This document shows, in pieces, positions 19,727 to 29,500 of a DNA stretch of 64,000 nucleotides. This DNA comes from Trueperaceae bacterium (lineage in GTDB: Bacteria; Deinococcota; Deinococci; Deinococcales; Trueperaceae): assembly GCA_965215565.1 (NCBI GenBank), contig CBDCDZ010000004.1, forward strand, positions 2,400,001 through 2,464,000, written 5' to 3'. Both the position numbers and the translations under genes were made by a program. Under the pieces are notes generated by a model. It was not told the origin of the DNA and did no database searches. It worked only from the letters and a program-made list of their open reading frames with translations. Within the stretch, counting starts at the first letter, position 1, and each line of letters opens with the position of its first letter.

Positions 19727-20707
19727 GTGCTTAGTATACGCGCGCTTATCAGTCTTTTCCTTCTCACGATTCTTGCGGCGTGTGGCGGCGGTGCTACGTT
19801 CGTAGCGCCAGCAGAGGCTACTGTCAACGGTGTCACGAGCCTTGACCGAGAAACGGGGGCAGCCGAGCTTAGCGTGAGCGGACTCGACGCCAATAACGGT
19901 GTGGTGGCGAGCGGTACGCTTAGCAACGTGTCCGCTACGGTTGCACAGGCGGGGCTCGAGGTTAAAAGCGGCGTATGCGGCGGCGGACAGATCAGCGCGT
20001 TGGGTCCGGTTGTCGCCGCGTTGACTTTCGATGCGTCGCCATCACTGCAGGGCGGCTGTCTCGGCTGCGGCGCTCCTACCGATCCTTTCAGCGAGAACGG
20101 GAGCACGGTGCGGCGCGAGGGCGGCTTGGAATTTGTAGCGCGGATGGCAGAGGACGCTCGAGCGGCTGTTTCGTACTTTAATCAGAGCGCAGGTTTCGTC
20201 AACGTACAGGGCTTTACGGAGGATGAGGAGGCGCTCAGGTCAGCGGTGGTCACAGCGACGTCGCCTGAAGCGATCGGCAGCTTAACGCCTCTATGGTCTG
20301 CAAGTGTCAGCACGGTAGACCTACTAGGCGATGTTCAGGGCGACAACCGCATTGCAATCGTCTTCACCGATGGTCAAGACACGACCTCTGCTGACCCCGA
20401 TGAAGTTGCGGCGGCGGCGCGCGCTTCGGGCGTGCGGGTGTTTTACATCGGTCTCGGCGAGACCACCAACGTGAGCGAGATGATTGATATTGCGCAAGCC
20501 ACCGAGCCCAGCGGTCTCTACGTTTCGGCGAGAGACAGGTCCGAACTCCTCAGCGCGTTCGAAGGCGTGATCAACGGCTCTCAAGCCTCCGGTTGTATCG
20601 ACTTGGTCTTTACGCCCGTTCCTTCTGCTGGCGAGACCGTAAGCGGCGGGCTCACTTTCGATATTAATGGGGGCACGTTTGAGAGCGATTACGAGGTGAC
20701 GTTTTAG
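19727..20707 (+). CDS. vWA-domain lipoprotein
   Basis: Lipobox LAAC, MIDAS DASPS, TPLW, FTDG; SD ggagg before GTG 19727. Confidence 0.8.
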   Translation: MLSIRALISLFLLTILAACGGGATFVAPAEATVNGVTSLDRETGAAELSVSGLDANNGVVASGTLSNVSATVAQAGLEVKSGVCGGGQISALGPVVAALTFDASPSLQGGCLGCGAPTDPFSENGSTVRREGGLEFVARMAEDARAAVSYFNQSAGFVNVQGFTEDEEALRSAVVTATSPEAIGSLTPLWSASVSTVDLLGDVQGDNRIAIVFTDGQDTTSADPDEVAAAARASGVRVFYIGLGETTNVSEMIDIAQATEPSGLYVSARDRSELLSAFEGVINGSQASGCIDLVFTPVPSAGETVSGGLTFDINGGTFESDYEVTF

Positions 20708-20713
20708 CCTTTG

Positions 20714-20824
20714 TAGCAAGCATCATTTGGTTTGAGCCAGTCTCACGTTAGAGAACTTGGGCGAACACGCACATTCTTAAATGATGCTTGCGCTATCCCA
20801 ATTCAGCACTTCTGTGAACTGCTT
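20714..20824 (+). repeat. TAGCAG-family MITE-like repeat, copy D
   Basis: tagcaagcatcatttgg...cacgcacattc...atgatgcttgcg...gaactgct. Confidence 0.65.
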
Positions 20825-20846
20825 TAGTTAGGCAAGTAGCGTACAG

Positions 20847-20880
20847 AAAAGCGTCTCAACATCAAAGTTGAGACGCTTTT
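20847..20880. terminator. Bidirectional terminator
   Basis: aaaagcgtctcaac-atcaaa-gttgagacgctttt between convergent genes. Confidence 0.8.
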
Positions 20881-20889
20881 CCAGGTTGC

Positions 20890-22455
20890 CTACAGCGGGA
20901 TGTTCCCGTGCTTCTTAAAGGGTCTTTCTTCTACTTTACCTTCCAACATCCGCAGATGCCGCACGAGCTGTCTGCGCGTGTCCTTAGGATCGATCACGTC
21001 GTCGATGTAGCCGCGCCCCGCCGCCCAGTACGGGTTGTCGAAACGCTTCTTGTATTCGTCGATGCGGGCGGCGCGCGCCATCTTGGGTTGCTCCGAGCCG
21101 GCAATCTCACGGCGGTAGATGATATTCGCTGCGCCTTCCGCGCCCATGACCGCCACCGCCGAGGTGGGCCAAGCGAGCACCACGTCCGCGCCCATGTCCC
21201 TAGAATTCATCGCCAAGTACGCGCCGCCGTAGCTCTTGCGCACGATGAGCGTGATTTTGGGAACCGTCGCTTCGGCGTAGGCGTAGAGCATCTTCGCGCC
21301 GTGCCGGATGATGCCCGCGTGCTCTTGGGCGACGCCTGGCAAAAAGCCCGTCACATCCACAAAGGTCAGAATCGGAACGTTGAAGCAGTCGCAGGTGCGG
21401 ATGAAGCGCGACGCTTTATCTGAGGCGTCGATATTGAGCGTCCCCGCCATGTGACGCGGATTATTCGCCACGATTCCCACCGACTGCCCACCGAGCCGCG
21501 CAAAACCGCAGAGGATGTTTTTGGCAAACTCAGGCTGCACCTCTAAAAAGTGCTTGTCGTCCACGACGGTTTTAATAACTTCCGTCATCGGATAAGGGCG
21601 GCGCTGGTCGGGGTGGACGATGGACAGAACTTCGGGCGTTTCGCGCCCTATAGGGTCTCGAGTCTCTTGCAGTGGCGTACGCTCTTTCGCGGACTGGGGC
21701 AGAAAGGAGAGCAGTTCGCGAATCGTCTCTAAAACGCCTTCGTCGTCCGCCGCCTCGAAATGCGCCACGCCCGACTTGCGGTTGTGCACGTCCGCCCCGC
21801 CTAAACCTTCAAACGTCACGTTCTCTTTCGTCACCGACTTGATGACTTCCGGCCCGGTGATGAACATATACGACGAGCCTTTCGCCATCAGCACAAAGTC
21901 GGTCAGCGCAGGGCTATAGACCGCGCCGCCCGCGCACGGTCCTAAAATCGCCGAAATCTGCGGCACCACGCCCGAATAGATGGCGTTGCGGTAGAAGACC
22001 TCGCCGTAGCCCGAGAGCGAGTCCACACCCTCTTGAATTCGCGCACCCGCCGAATCGTTGAGCCCGACGATCGGCGCACCCGTTTTCACCGCTAGGTCCA
22101 TGACTTTAGCGATTTTCTGCGCGTGCATCTTCCCTAGTGAGCCGCCCAACACGGTGAAGTCCTGGCTGAACACGAAGACCGTGCGCCCCTCCACCTTGCC
22201 GTAGCCCGTCACCACGCCCTCGCCGGGCGCGTCCACGCCCTGCATCATCTCGCCGCCCAAGTGCTCGACGAACGCACCCAACTCCACGAAAGTTCCTTCG
22301 TCTAAGAGGGTGTGGATGCGCTCCCTAGCGGTGAGCTTGCCCTGCTCGTGTTGTTTCTTGATGCGCTTCTCGCCGCCGCCCTTCTCGACGCGCTTACGGC
22401 GCTCTTCCATCTCGGCGGTCAGTTCGTTCATCCAGGCTAAGGTATCGTCAGACAT
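20890..22455 (-). CDS. pccB: Acyl-CoA (propionyl-CoA-type) carboxylase carboxyltransferase beta subunit
   Basis: GKLTARERI, DSAGARIQEG, GPCAGGAVYSPALTD and terminal KKHGNIPL. Confidence 0.9.
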   Translation of the reverse strand: MSDDTLAWMNELTAEMEERRKRVEKGGGEKRIKKQHEQGKLTARERIHTLLDEGTFVELGAFVEHLGGEMMQGVDAPGEGVVTGYGKVEGRTVFVFSQDFTVLGGSLGKMHAQKIAKVMDLAVKTGAPIVGLNDSAGARIQEGVDSLSGYGEVFYRNAIYSGVVPQISAILGPCAGGAVYSPALTDFVLMAKGSSYMFITGPEVIKSVTKENVTFEGLGGADVHNRKSGVAHFEAADDEGVLETIRELLSFLPQSAKERTPLQETRDPIGRETPEVLSIVHPDQRRPYPMTEVIKTVVDDKHFLEVQPEFAKNILCGFARLGGQSVGIVANNPRHMAGTLNIDASDKASRFIRTCDCFNVPILTFVDVTGFLPGVAQEHAGIIRHGAKMLYAYAEATVPKITLIVRKSYGGAYLAMNSRDMGADVVLAWPTSAVAVMGAEGAANIIYRREIAGSEQPKMARAARIDEYKKRFDNPYWAAGRGYIDDVIDPKDTRRQLVRHLRMLEGKVEERPFKKHGNIPL

Positions 22456-22464
22456 AGGTCTCCT

Positions 22465-22572
22465 CAGCAGGTATCATCCGGTCGTAAACGCTCTCTATGG
22501 ATCAAGCTGCTTAACGCAAACATCGTAGGCTGATACCTGCGGCAATTTTCCTCAGTTAATCTTGGAGCTACT
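22465..22572 (+). repeat. TAGCAG-family MITE-like repeat, copy E
   Basis: cagcaggtatcatccggtc...aacgctctc...tgatacctgcg; abuts the pccB SD. Confidence 0.65.
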
Positions 22573-22669
22573 GCTTACTCCAAGTCTCCATGATGCCTAA
22601 CCATACCCGGATAAAAGAAGGGATGTAGGTGTTGTTCGGCTGAACTGGACGAAACTGGTAGGTTGAAAA

Positions 22670-22700
22670 CAAAAAAGGCGGCTTTGCGCCGCCTCTATTT
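22670..22700 (-). terminator. Probable terminator
   Basis: aaaaaaggcgg-ctttgcg-ccgcct hairpin downstream of the BI-1 gene. Confidence 0.55.
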
Positions 22701-22715
22701 TCTCTAAAATTGAGC

Positions 22716-23390
22716 TTAGTCTCGAGCCATGAAAATCTGCAGCACGTACCAGAACATCAGCGCCACCGACGCGAAGAGCGCCAAGGACGCCGCGACGTAG
22801 CGCTCTTGCGGGTAGTGATGGAGCACGCCCGAGGTTTGGTAGAGGATGGACGCGCCCGCGAGCACCACCATCGCTACCGAAAAAAACGTGCCGAGCCCAA
22901 AGCCGAAGATAAAACCTGCGACGATCACGAGCAGCGCGCCTATGAAGCCCCACTTGAGCAGCCCACCCAAAAAGCTGAAGTCGCGCCGCTCGCTCCAAGC
23001 GACGGCTGTGAGACCGGAGAAGCCGATGAGCGTGACGAGCGCCGCACTCTGGATGACGCCGGGCGCGTAAGACTGCGCGACGAAGAGGAGCGGCACAAAG
23101 ATAATTGCCTCCGCGACGACGAAACCAATGAGCGCCGCGTACTGCACCTCCGGCGACGTGGAGCGCGCCGCGAAGTGGTTCGCCACCCCGCTCACGCCGA
23201 TGAAGACGAACAGAACTACCAGCCAAGGCAAGCTGAGCAAAAAGCTCGCGATAGGAAAGGCTAGACCCGTCTGAAAAAAGATGACCTCTAGAGCGGTGAA
23301 CCCCAAGATCGCGCCCAAGAGGTGCGCGTAGGTTTGGGTAACGAAGCTCGAGCGGTCCGTTACGGTTACATTTGGTGTGATTGAAGCCAT
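22716..23390 (-). CDS. Bax inhibitor-1/YccA family membrane protein
   Basis: About 7 TM; DFSFLGG, ILYQTS and ASLALFASVALMFWY. Confidence 0.88.
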   Translation of the reverse strand: MASITPNVTVTDRSSFVTQTYAHLLGAILGFTALEVIFFQTGLAFPIASFLLSLPWLVVLFVFIGVSGVANHFAARSTSPEVQYAALIGFVVAEAIIFVPLLFVAQSYAPGVIQSAALVTLIGFSGLTAVAWSERRDFSFLGGLLKWGFIGALLVIVAGFIFGFGLGTFFSVAMVVLAGASILYQTSGVLHHYPQERYVAASLALFASVALMFWYVLQIFMARD

Positions 23391-23562
23391 AGTGTCCTTC
23401 TCCCGTACATAGTGTGGGGCGCGCGCTCACGGAGGGCAAACGCGCCCTGGTATAAAGAAGTTTAACGAGTCTAGGGCGCGCTCTAAACGGATAACATCAC
23501 GGCGAGAGCGGTTCTTAGAGAACGGTGAATGTAGCGTTAAGGCATCTATCAGGAGGCTCATA

Positions 23563-23841
23563 GTGACATTTTTTATCGTAGCTAAAGACGCGGCGGACGC
23601 TTCGGAGCGCCGCCAAAAGGTGCGAGACCAACACCTGCGCGAGATCGAGTCGCACGTCAAGGCGAAGCGCGTCCTCATGGGCGGGGCAATCTTAGATGAC
23701 GATGGCAATGTCATCGGCTCGGGGTTGGTGGCGGAATTTTCCTCGAGGGAGACCTTGGACGAATTTTTGCAGAGCGACATCTATACCAGAGAAGGCGTCT
23801 GGGAGAGCTTCGAGATTTATCCATTTAAGCGGGCTGTCTAA
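23563..23841 (+). CDS. YciI family protein
   Basis: RQKVRDQHL, GAILDD and SDIYTREGVW. Confidence 0.85.
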   Translation: MTFFIVAKDAADASERRQKVRDQHLREIESHVKAKRVLMGGAILDDDGNVIGSGLVAEFSSRETLDEFLQSDIYTREGVWESFEIYPFKRAV

Positions 23842-23845
23842 CTAA

Positions 23846-24052
23846 TAGCAGGTATCATCTGGTTTGAGTGCGCGGAGCGATGCGAAGCAACACTCTCACT
23901 ATGCAAAGCGGTGTTGCTAAGCAGCAAACTTGCGCAACTAGCACGCACATTCGAAGATGAAATCCCGCAACGGCAGGGCGGCCTGCCCGTAACGCTAGTC
24001 CTTGCGGACAGAGATCTGCGCTCATCCGTCTCAGTATGTCTTGGAACTGCTA
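23846..24052 (+). repeat. TAGCAG-family MITE-like repeat, copy F (longest, both ends intact)
   Basis: TAGCAGGTATCATCTGG ... GCACGCACATTC ... CTGCGCTCATCCGTCTCAGT ... GGAACTGCTA. Confidence 0.8.
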
Positions 24053-24066
24053 CAAGAGGTCCCAAA

Positions 24067-24612
24067 CTGACGCTCTACGACTGGCTCGTCCGCGCCGACT
24101 TCGTGCTCGCGGTGCTCCTCACGGTACTCGCGCCGCTCGGTCTACTCCTCTGGTCCGCGTTGAGAGGGCGAGAGGTCATCGTCCGCCAACTCGTCACCTA
24201 TTGGCGCGTCTCGTCGCTGCTCATGGTCACGGTTTACCTGCTCGCGGCGGCCGCGCCGATAGGCTTTCTTACGGGCGTGCTGGCGAGGGTGCTCATCCCT
24301 CTCTCGTTGGGATTCGGGTGGCTGAAAGATAAGGGGGAGGGGAGGCTCGAGACCACCTTCTACCGCTGGAAGCAAGTCGTAAGTCTGTACTGTCTCGTCG
24401 GCGTCCTCTTCAACCTGCCGCTCCTACGCTGCACCTTCACCTGGCAAATTCAGCCCCCCTGTACCGCTTGGCTGGGTCCGGTGAGGGAGTTCGTGGGGCT
24501 CGTACATCCGGGTGTAAGCCTCGACGTCCTCGGGGTGCTGGCTTGGATCGCGCTCGGCATTTACATCGTAGTGTTCGTTACTCTTTACGCTCGAGATACG
24601 AATGCGACTTAG
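24067..24612 (+). CDS. DUF3177-like membrane protein
   Basis: ADFVLAVLLTV and YWRVSSLL pattern; start uncertain (CTG 24067 after aagaggt; the ORF-track start lies inside repeat F). Confidence 0.7.
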   Translation: MTLYDWLVRADFVLAVLLTVLAPLGLLLWSALRGREVIVRQLVTYWRVSSLLMVTVYLLAAAAPIGFLTGVLARVLIPLSLGFGWLKDKGEGRLETTFYRWKQVVSLYCLVGVLFNLPLLRCTFTWQIQPPCTAWLGPVREFVGLVHPGVSLDVLGVLAWIALGIYIVVFVTLYARDTNAT

Positions 24613-24773
24613 CATGAAGTCGAGAGCTACGCACCATGCAACCTCTTCGTTCCCCTTTACTCCGCAGATTCACTCGCCGTGACAACAAAACATAGCGGCG
24701 CTCCTTTACCCCCGTAAACTTAAATACCGCACTGTGACGACTACACTGTCATAATTGTAGTAAGGAGTTTGAT

Positions 24774-25379
24774 ATGAGACTAAGACTACTCGCACCCCTT
24801 TTCCTAGCTTTAGCCGGACTACTCATCGCCATACCTTACGCCCTTTCGCAGGACAACGCTGAAACGATGCAGGCGACTCAAGAGGTCAGAGGTGTCGCAC
24901 CGTTAGGCTTCGACGCCGCTAGCTTCACCAAGCCCAGCGACGACGTGCTCCGCCAAAAACTCACCGACATCCAGTACCGCGTCACCCAAAAAGACGCCAC
25001 CGAGCGCCCTTTCGACAACCCTTACTGGGACAACAAGGAGCCCGGCATCTACGTAGATATCGTCTCGGGCGAGCCGCTCTTCTCGTCGGCGGACAAGTAC
25101 GTCTCTGGGACGGGCTGGCCCTCCTTCACAAAGCCTCTAGAGCCCGCCAATGTCGTCGAAAAACCTGACCGCACGCTCTTCGTCGTTCGTACCGAGATTC
25201 GCAGCACGCACGCGAATTCACATCTGGGCCATGTTTTTGAAGACGGTCCCGAGCCCACCGGCTTGCGTTACTGCATGAACTCGGCGGCACTACGTTTTGT
25301 GCCCGCAGCGGAGTTGGAGGCGCAAGGGTACGGGGAGTACGCGGCGCTCTTTGAGGGGACGAAGAACGCTTCGAATTAG
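24774..25379 (+). CDS. msrB: Peptide-methionine (R)-S-oxide reductase with N-terminal signal peptide
   Basis: [19 protein letters not shown] and RYCMNSAAL; hydrophobic N-terminus. Confidence 0.95.
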   Translation: MRLRLLAPLFLALAGLLIAIPYALSQDNAETMQATQEVRGVAPLGFDAASFTKPSDDVLRQKLTDIQYRVTQKDATERPFDNPYWDNKEPGIYVDIVSGEPLFSSADKYVSGTGWPSFTKPLEPANVVEKPDRTLFVVRTEIRSTHANSHLGHVFEDGPEPTGLRYCMNSAALRFVPAAELEAQGYGEYAALFEGTKNASN

Positions 25380-25397
25380 ACGGACTTAACTTTTAGG

Positions 25398-25431
25398 GGA
25401 GCCTCGAGTGTTGACTCGAGGCTCCTTTTTT
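25398..25431 (+). terminator. Intrinsic terminator
   Basis: ggagcctcgagt-gttg-actcgaggctcc followed by a T-run. Confidence 0.8.
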
Positions 25432-25434
25432 AGC

Positions 25435-26025
25435 TTAGGTTCTTAGTCCCTCTAAAACCTGTTTTAGCACCCCCTTGACCTCTTCTAGTTTTTGTTCAGG
25501 CTGAGGCGACTGTGCGACCCACAGCGCGGCCTGGTTCATCGCGCCATTCAAGAGGTGAAGCAAGGCTCCTTCAGATTCAACTTTTATCAGCTTAGCTGCT
25601 ACAAGCTCCTCAATCCCTTCTTGGAGGAGCCTCGAGCCGTGTTCGGCGTCTAGCTCTGAACATTTCTCCCACCCTAAAACAGCGGGCGCGTCAATTAGGA
25701 GAATCTGCTGTGCGGCGCGGTTTGTTACAGCGTCTAACCAGGTGAAGCAACCTCTTAAAAAGCGCTGCCAGGGATCGTTTACTGCCGCAGTTTCTCTCTC
25801 TACAGCCACAGCGACGCGCTTTTGCAACCGCTCAGCAACCGCTTCAAAAAGTCCCTTTTTGTTACCAAAGTGATGGTAGAGTACGCCCCGCGTGAGTCCG
25901 ACCTCTTGCACCAGGGCGTCCGTCGAGACCACCGCGTAGCCTAGCTCAGCGAAGTGCTGTTCAGCCACCCTCAAAACTGTCTCACTCGTCTTTTCTGAAC
26001 GTTCCTTCTGTGTTCTTTTAGCCAT
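25435..26025 (-). CDS. TetR/AcrR family regulator
   Basis: HTH GLTRGVLYHHFGNK; ILLIDAPAVLGW. Confidence 0.93.
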   Translation of the reverse strand: MAKRTQKERSEKTSETVLRVAEQHFAELGYAVVSTDALVQEVGLTRGVLYHHFGNKKGLFEAVAERLQKRVAVAVERETAAVNDPWQRFLRGCFTWLDAVTNRAAQQILLIDAPAVLGWEKCSELDAEHGSRLLQEGIEELVAAKLIKVESEGALLHLLNGAMNQAALWVAQSPQPEQKLEEVKGVLKQVLEGLRT

Positions 26026-26043
26026 CTTTTCTCCTAGAACCTA

Positions 26044-26097
26044 TTGACATGCAGGTTGTATGTATCTTACTATAGGTTTTACATACAAGCTGTATGT
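26044..26097. promoter_or_regulatory. Divergent promoter with two TetR-type operators
   Basis: ACATGCAGGTTGTATGT (26047-63) and ACATACAAGCTGTATGT (26081-97); TTGACA at 26044 and TACTAT at 26068. Confidence 0.75.
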
Positions 26098-26111
26098 TTT
26101 AGGAGGTAGAA

Positions 26112-26525
26112 ATGAAGCTGACGAGTGTTTACCCCGTTATCTGCACGGAAGAGGTGGCTGAATCTAAGGCGTTCTATCTCGAGCACTTTCCCCTCGAGCT
26201 AACCTTCGATTCGGATTGGTATGTGAGCCTCAAAACCACCGGGGAGGGAACTTTCGAACTCGCCCTTTTAGACTTTCGCCATGAAACGATACCTGAAGGG
26301 TATAGGCACCCCTTCTCAAGTGGACTCATCATCAATTTTGAAGTCGAAGAGGTTGACCGTATCTTTGAGCAGTTTAGGGAAGCGGGGCTACCTATCTATC
26401 TGGAACTTCGCAGTGAACCGTTCGGACAAAGGCATTTCATCACCTCTGACCCAAACGGCATATTGATTGATGTCATCAAAGTCATCCCTTATTCGGATGA
26501 ATTTCTGCAGAGCGTACAAAACTAA
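26112..26525 (+). CDS. VOC/glyoxalase family protein
   Basis: SKAFY, INFEV and [15 protein letters not shown]. Confidence 0.9.
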   Translation: MKLTSVYPVICTEEVAESKAFYLEHFPLELTFDSDWYVSLKTTGEGTFELALLDFRHETIPEGYRHPFSSGLIINFEVEEVDRIFEQFREAGLPIYLELRSEPFGQRHFITSDPNGILIDVIKVIPYSDEFLQSVQN

Positions 26526-26536
26526 CAGGGTGGCGT

Positions 26537-27529
26537 TTAGGGCTTGTGCGCCCACTTTTCGGGAAACCGCGTCCTCGGAAAAATCTCTTGCGCCTCCGCC
26601 AAGAGCGACCCCCACCCCTGCGCCTGATAACGGTCCGACACGTGAATCAGCACCAGTTCACCGACCTCCGCTCGCGCCGCTAACTTCGCCACCTGCACCG
26701 AGGTCAGGTGATAGCGCTGCGTTGCCAACACTAAGTCTTCGTGGCGGTAGTGGCTCTCACAAATGAGCGTCGTACAACCCCGTAAGAACTCCGTAAGCTT
26801 ATCTTCAGTCTCTCCTACCATGCCGAAATCAGTCAGGTACGCCACCGACTCGCCCGGCGTCTCGGTGAGGAGTTCGGCTCGGAGCCGCTCAGGGCTGACC
26901 CCTTCGGGTCCACGCCGCGCCGCCTCATCTAAGCGTCCTTCTTTGAGGTCTTGGAGCCAGGGACCAGGCGGTAAGCCCGACGCTTTAAGCTTCGCTTTGT
27001 CGAGGTTGAGGCGGGGTTTCTCCTGCACTAAGTAGCCCATAGAGGGCGTGTGGTGGTCTAAGTGGATGGCTTCGACGCTAAAGTGTTCTGTCTCCAGGAC
27101 TGTACCTGTAAAAGGATGTGTCACAACCTCTTGCACGCATTCGAAACCGTCTCTCGTCGCAAGGCGAATCTGCTCGACCTCTTCTTGATGAATATCGCCA
27201 ACCCACCACGTCCCCTTCTGCCCCTTGTAGTTCCACATGAAGCCCTGCGTCCGGTGGTGGATGATGCGCCCCGTCTCGGGCGGTCCCCACACATAAACGG
27301 GCTCTCTGCGGTTGAAGTTCAGGCGGAAAAACCCATCGAAGCCGCTCACGTGGTCCATATGCAGGTGTGAAAAGAAGAGGTGCTCTGTCGCGCGGAGTTC
27401 GGAGGTGTCGGCAAAACGGAGGCAGTCGCCGCAGTCGAACAAGAGGCGGTAGGTCTCTTGACCGCTCTCCACTTTGACGAACAGGGCGTTGTCGTCACCG
27501 GGGACGCCTAAAACTTGAGGCTTAATCAC
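26537..27529 (-). CDS. RNase Z-like metallo-beta-lactamase-fold hydrolase
   Basis: LFDCG, SHLHMDH, exosite PPGPWL, YLTD, YHLT and LIHVSDRY. Confidence 0.85.
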   Translation of the reverse strand: MIKPQVLGVPGDDNALFVKVESGQETYRLLFDCGDCLRFADTSELRATEHLFFSHLHMDHVSGFDGFFRLNFNRREPVYVWGPPETGRIIHHRTQGFMWNYKGQKGTWWVGDIHQEEVEQIRLATRDGFECVQEVVTHPFTGTVLETEHFSVEAIHLDHHTPSMGYLVQEKPRLNLDKAKLKASGLPPGPWLQDLKEGRLDEAARRGPEGVSPERLRAELLTETPGESVAYLTDFGMVGETEDKLTEFLRGCTTLICESHYRHEDLVLATQRYHLTSVQVAKLAARAEVGELVLIHVSDRYQAQGWGSLLAEAQEIFPRTRFPEKWAHKP

Positions 27530-27605
27530 CCCTTAGTTTAAGCGGAAATGATCCGAACGTATGGGTTCTGCGTAATGCTGAGCGCTACGGTTAGCTTCGG
27601 TTCAA

Positions 27606-27899
27606 CTACGGTTGTAAGCGCGTCTGCGCCTTGACGCAGCGGACGCTCCCGTACGAGCAGTACACGCAGCATTCCCAGCTTTGAGGCTCTAAAACCGTGT
27701 CGCACTCGGTGCAGGTATAGTTGAGTTTGACGGTATATTTGGGCATGGTCTCGAGCTTGCTACACCCACAGCTCGGACAGGTAACAATCGACCACAAGGA
27801 CACGTTCGGTGAGATTTTAGGCGCACGCCTAAGTTCGATGCGCTTGCGGCTCCTCGCCGTCAAGCGCTTGACCGCTGGAAATAAGGTGCTGAGGGTCAT
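27606..27899 (-). CDS. GDCCVxC-family-like Cys-rich metal-binding protein
   Basis: TCPSCG...ETMP...YTCTEC...ECCVYCSYGSVRC; start uncertain. Confidence 0.7.
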   Translation of the reverse strand: MTLSTLFPAVKRLTARSRKRIELRRAPKISPNVSLWSIVTCPSCGCSKLETMPKYTVKLNYTCTECDTVLEPQSWECCVYCSYGSVRCVKAQTRLQP

Positions 27900-28068
27900 A
27901 AAGTATGATACTTCACCCCAGTGAGAGAGGTGGGCGTTGTGCTCACGTTTTGGGACACAGAAGCAGGGCTGAGGTGAAAGGACTGAGGTTTTCACTTTTC
28001 TCTCAGTCCTTTCCTCTTTAACCTTTTGGAAAACACCGCCTCACTCCCTCGCCCTTTACACTAGCTCC

Positions 28069-29052
28069 ATGACTCAAGCTTCAAGCCCCTTAGGGGTCAA
28101 AATGTTCGACGCGCATATCGGCAACACGCCGATTGTCAAACTCGCCAAAGTGACAGGACCTGACATGGCAGAGGTGTGGATCAAGTTGGAGGGACAAAAC
28201 CCCGCTGGCTCCATTAAAGACCGCACTGCGTTAGGCATGATTCAAGACGCTGAGGAAAGAGGTATCCTGACGCCAGGCAGCGGTCAGACTATCATCGAGC
28301 CAACCAGCGGCAATACAGGTATCGGCTTAGCCTTTTTATCCGCCGTGCGCGGCTACCGCTGCATCATTGTCCTGCCCGATTCGATGAGCATGGAGCGGCA
28401 GAAGACTTTAGAGGCGTACGGCGCGGAGTTGGAATTCACCCCCGGCGAGGAGCGGATGCAAGGGGCGATTCCCCGCGCTCAAGAACTCGCCGAGGAGCTG
28501 GGCGCGTGGATGCCCTCGCAGTTCGACAACCCCGCCAACCCGCGCTACCATCACCGCGTGACCGGACCGGAGATGTGGCGGCAGATGCAGGGGCGCATCG
28601 ACGCCTTCGTGTGGGCGTCGGGGACGGGCGGCTCGATCAGCGGCGTCGGGCGTTACCTTAAAGAGCAAAACCCGAACATCAAGGTGTACGCCGTCGAACC
28701 TGCCCGGAGCGCGGTTATCAACGGTCATAAGAAGGGCTCGCACAAGTTTCAGGGGATGGGACCGGGCTTCATCCCCGGCAACCTAGACGTTGACCTCTTG
28801 GACGAGGCCCTCATGGTCTACGAAGAGGACGCCTTTCCGCTGGCGCGGCGGCTCGCCCGTGAAGAGGGTATCTTCATCGGTATGTCGTCGGGCGCAACGG
28901 TCTGGGCGGCACTGCAAGTGGCGCGAGAACTAGGACCGGGCAAAGTCGTCACCTGCATCGCGGCAGATACGGCGGCGCGGTACGTGAGCACCGAACTCTT
29001 TAGAGACGAGGACAAGGCGGAGGACGTGAGTCGTCCGGCGGGGCTAGCGTAA
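28069..29052 (+). CDS. cysK: Cysteine synthase A
   Basis: IGNTP, NPAGSIKDR, PTSGNTG, GTGG and QGMGPGFIP. Confidence 0.93.
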   Translation: MTQASSPLGVKMFDAHIGNTPIVKLAKVTGPDMAEVWIKLEGQNPAGSIKDRTALGMIQDAEERGILTPGSGQTIIEPTSGNTGIGLAFLSAVRGYRCIIVLPDSMSMERQKTLEAYGAELEFTPGEERMQGAIPRAQELAEELGAWMPSQFDNPANPRYHHRVTGPEMWRQMQGRIDAFVWASGTGGSISGVGRYLKEQNPNIKVYAVEPARSAVINGHKKGSHKFQGMGPGFIPGNLDVDLLDEALMVYEEDAFPLARRLAREEGIFIGMSSGATVWAALQVARELGPGKVVTCIAADTAARYVSTELFRDEDKAEDVSRPAGLA

Positions 29053-29088
29053 AGTACATGGACTGCAAGACTACGCCGTTCTAAAAGA

Positions 29089-29305
29089 AGCAATCCAGTC
29101 AAGCTGGTTCGCGCTAGCACTTGCGAAGCAAACGAACGGTGAGTTAAAAGCACAGGTCAGAGCGAAGCTCAAATAGGTTAGAGCAAAGCTCAGTAGGCTC
29201 TTACAGGTGAGCACAAAGTGCAACGGCTTTCAGCCTTAACCTGTGCACTATGTGCTTCACCTAATGAGCAATGCGTGAAAATCTTTAGACTCATTGCTCA
29301 TTGCC
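29089..29305. repeat. GAGCAATGAG hairpin repeat, copy 2 (longer, composite)
   Basis: agcaatccagtcaagctgg at 29089 and gagcaatgcgtgaaaatctttagactcattgctc at 29266. Confidence 0.65.
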
Positions 29306-29500
29306 CACTACTCCGCGCAGCCGAATCAAAACTTATAGCCATCCTCTCCTCACATCCCCTCAAATATTAGCCCCCGTCCCTTTTCAACAAGTCACTCGAG
29401 CGAGTAGAGTACGGGTGAATAGACCTATAGAGGAAGCAGACGCATGGCGGGACCTGCTCCTATGCGCTTTTACAGGTCTTTGACAGAAGGGACTAAACCT

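Noticed and set aside
22597..23439. 280-aa minus-strand ORF and many similar Arg/Ala-rich shadow ORFs
   Set aside because: These are alternative-frame or antisense artefacts of GC-rich coding sequence overlapping well-supported genes.
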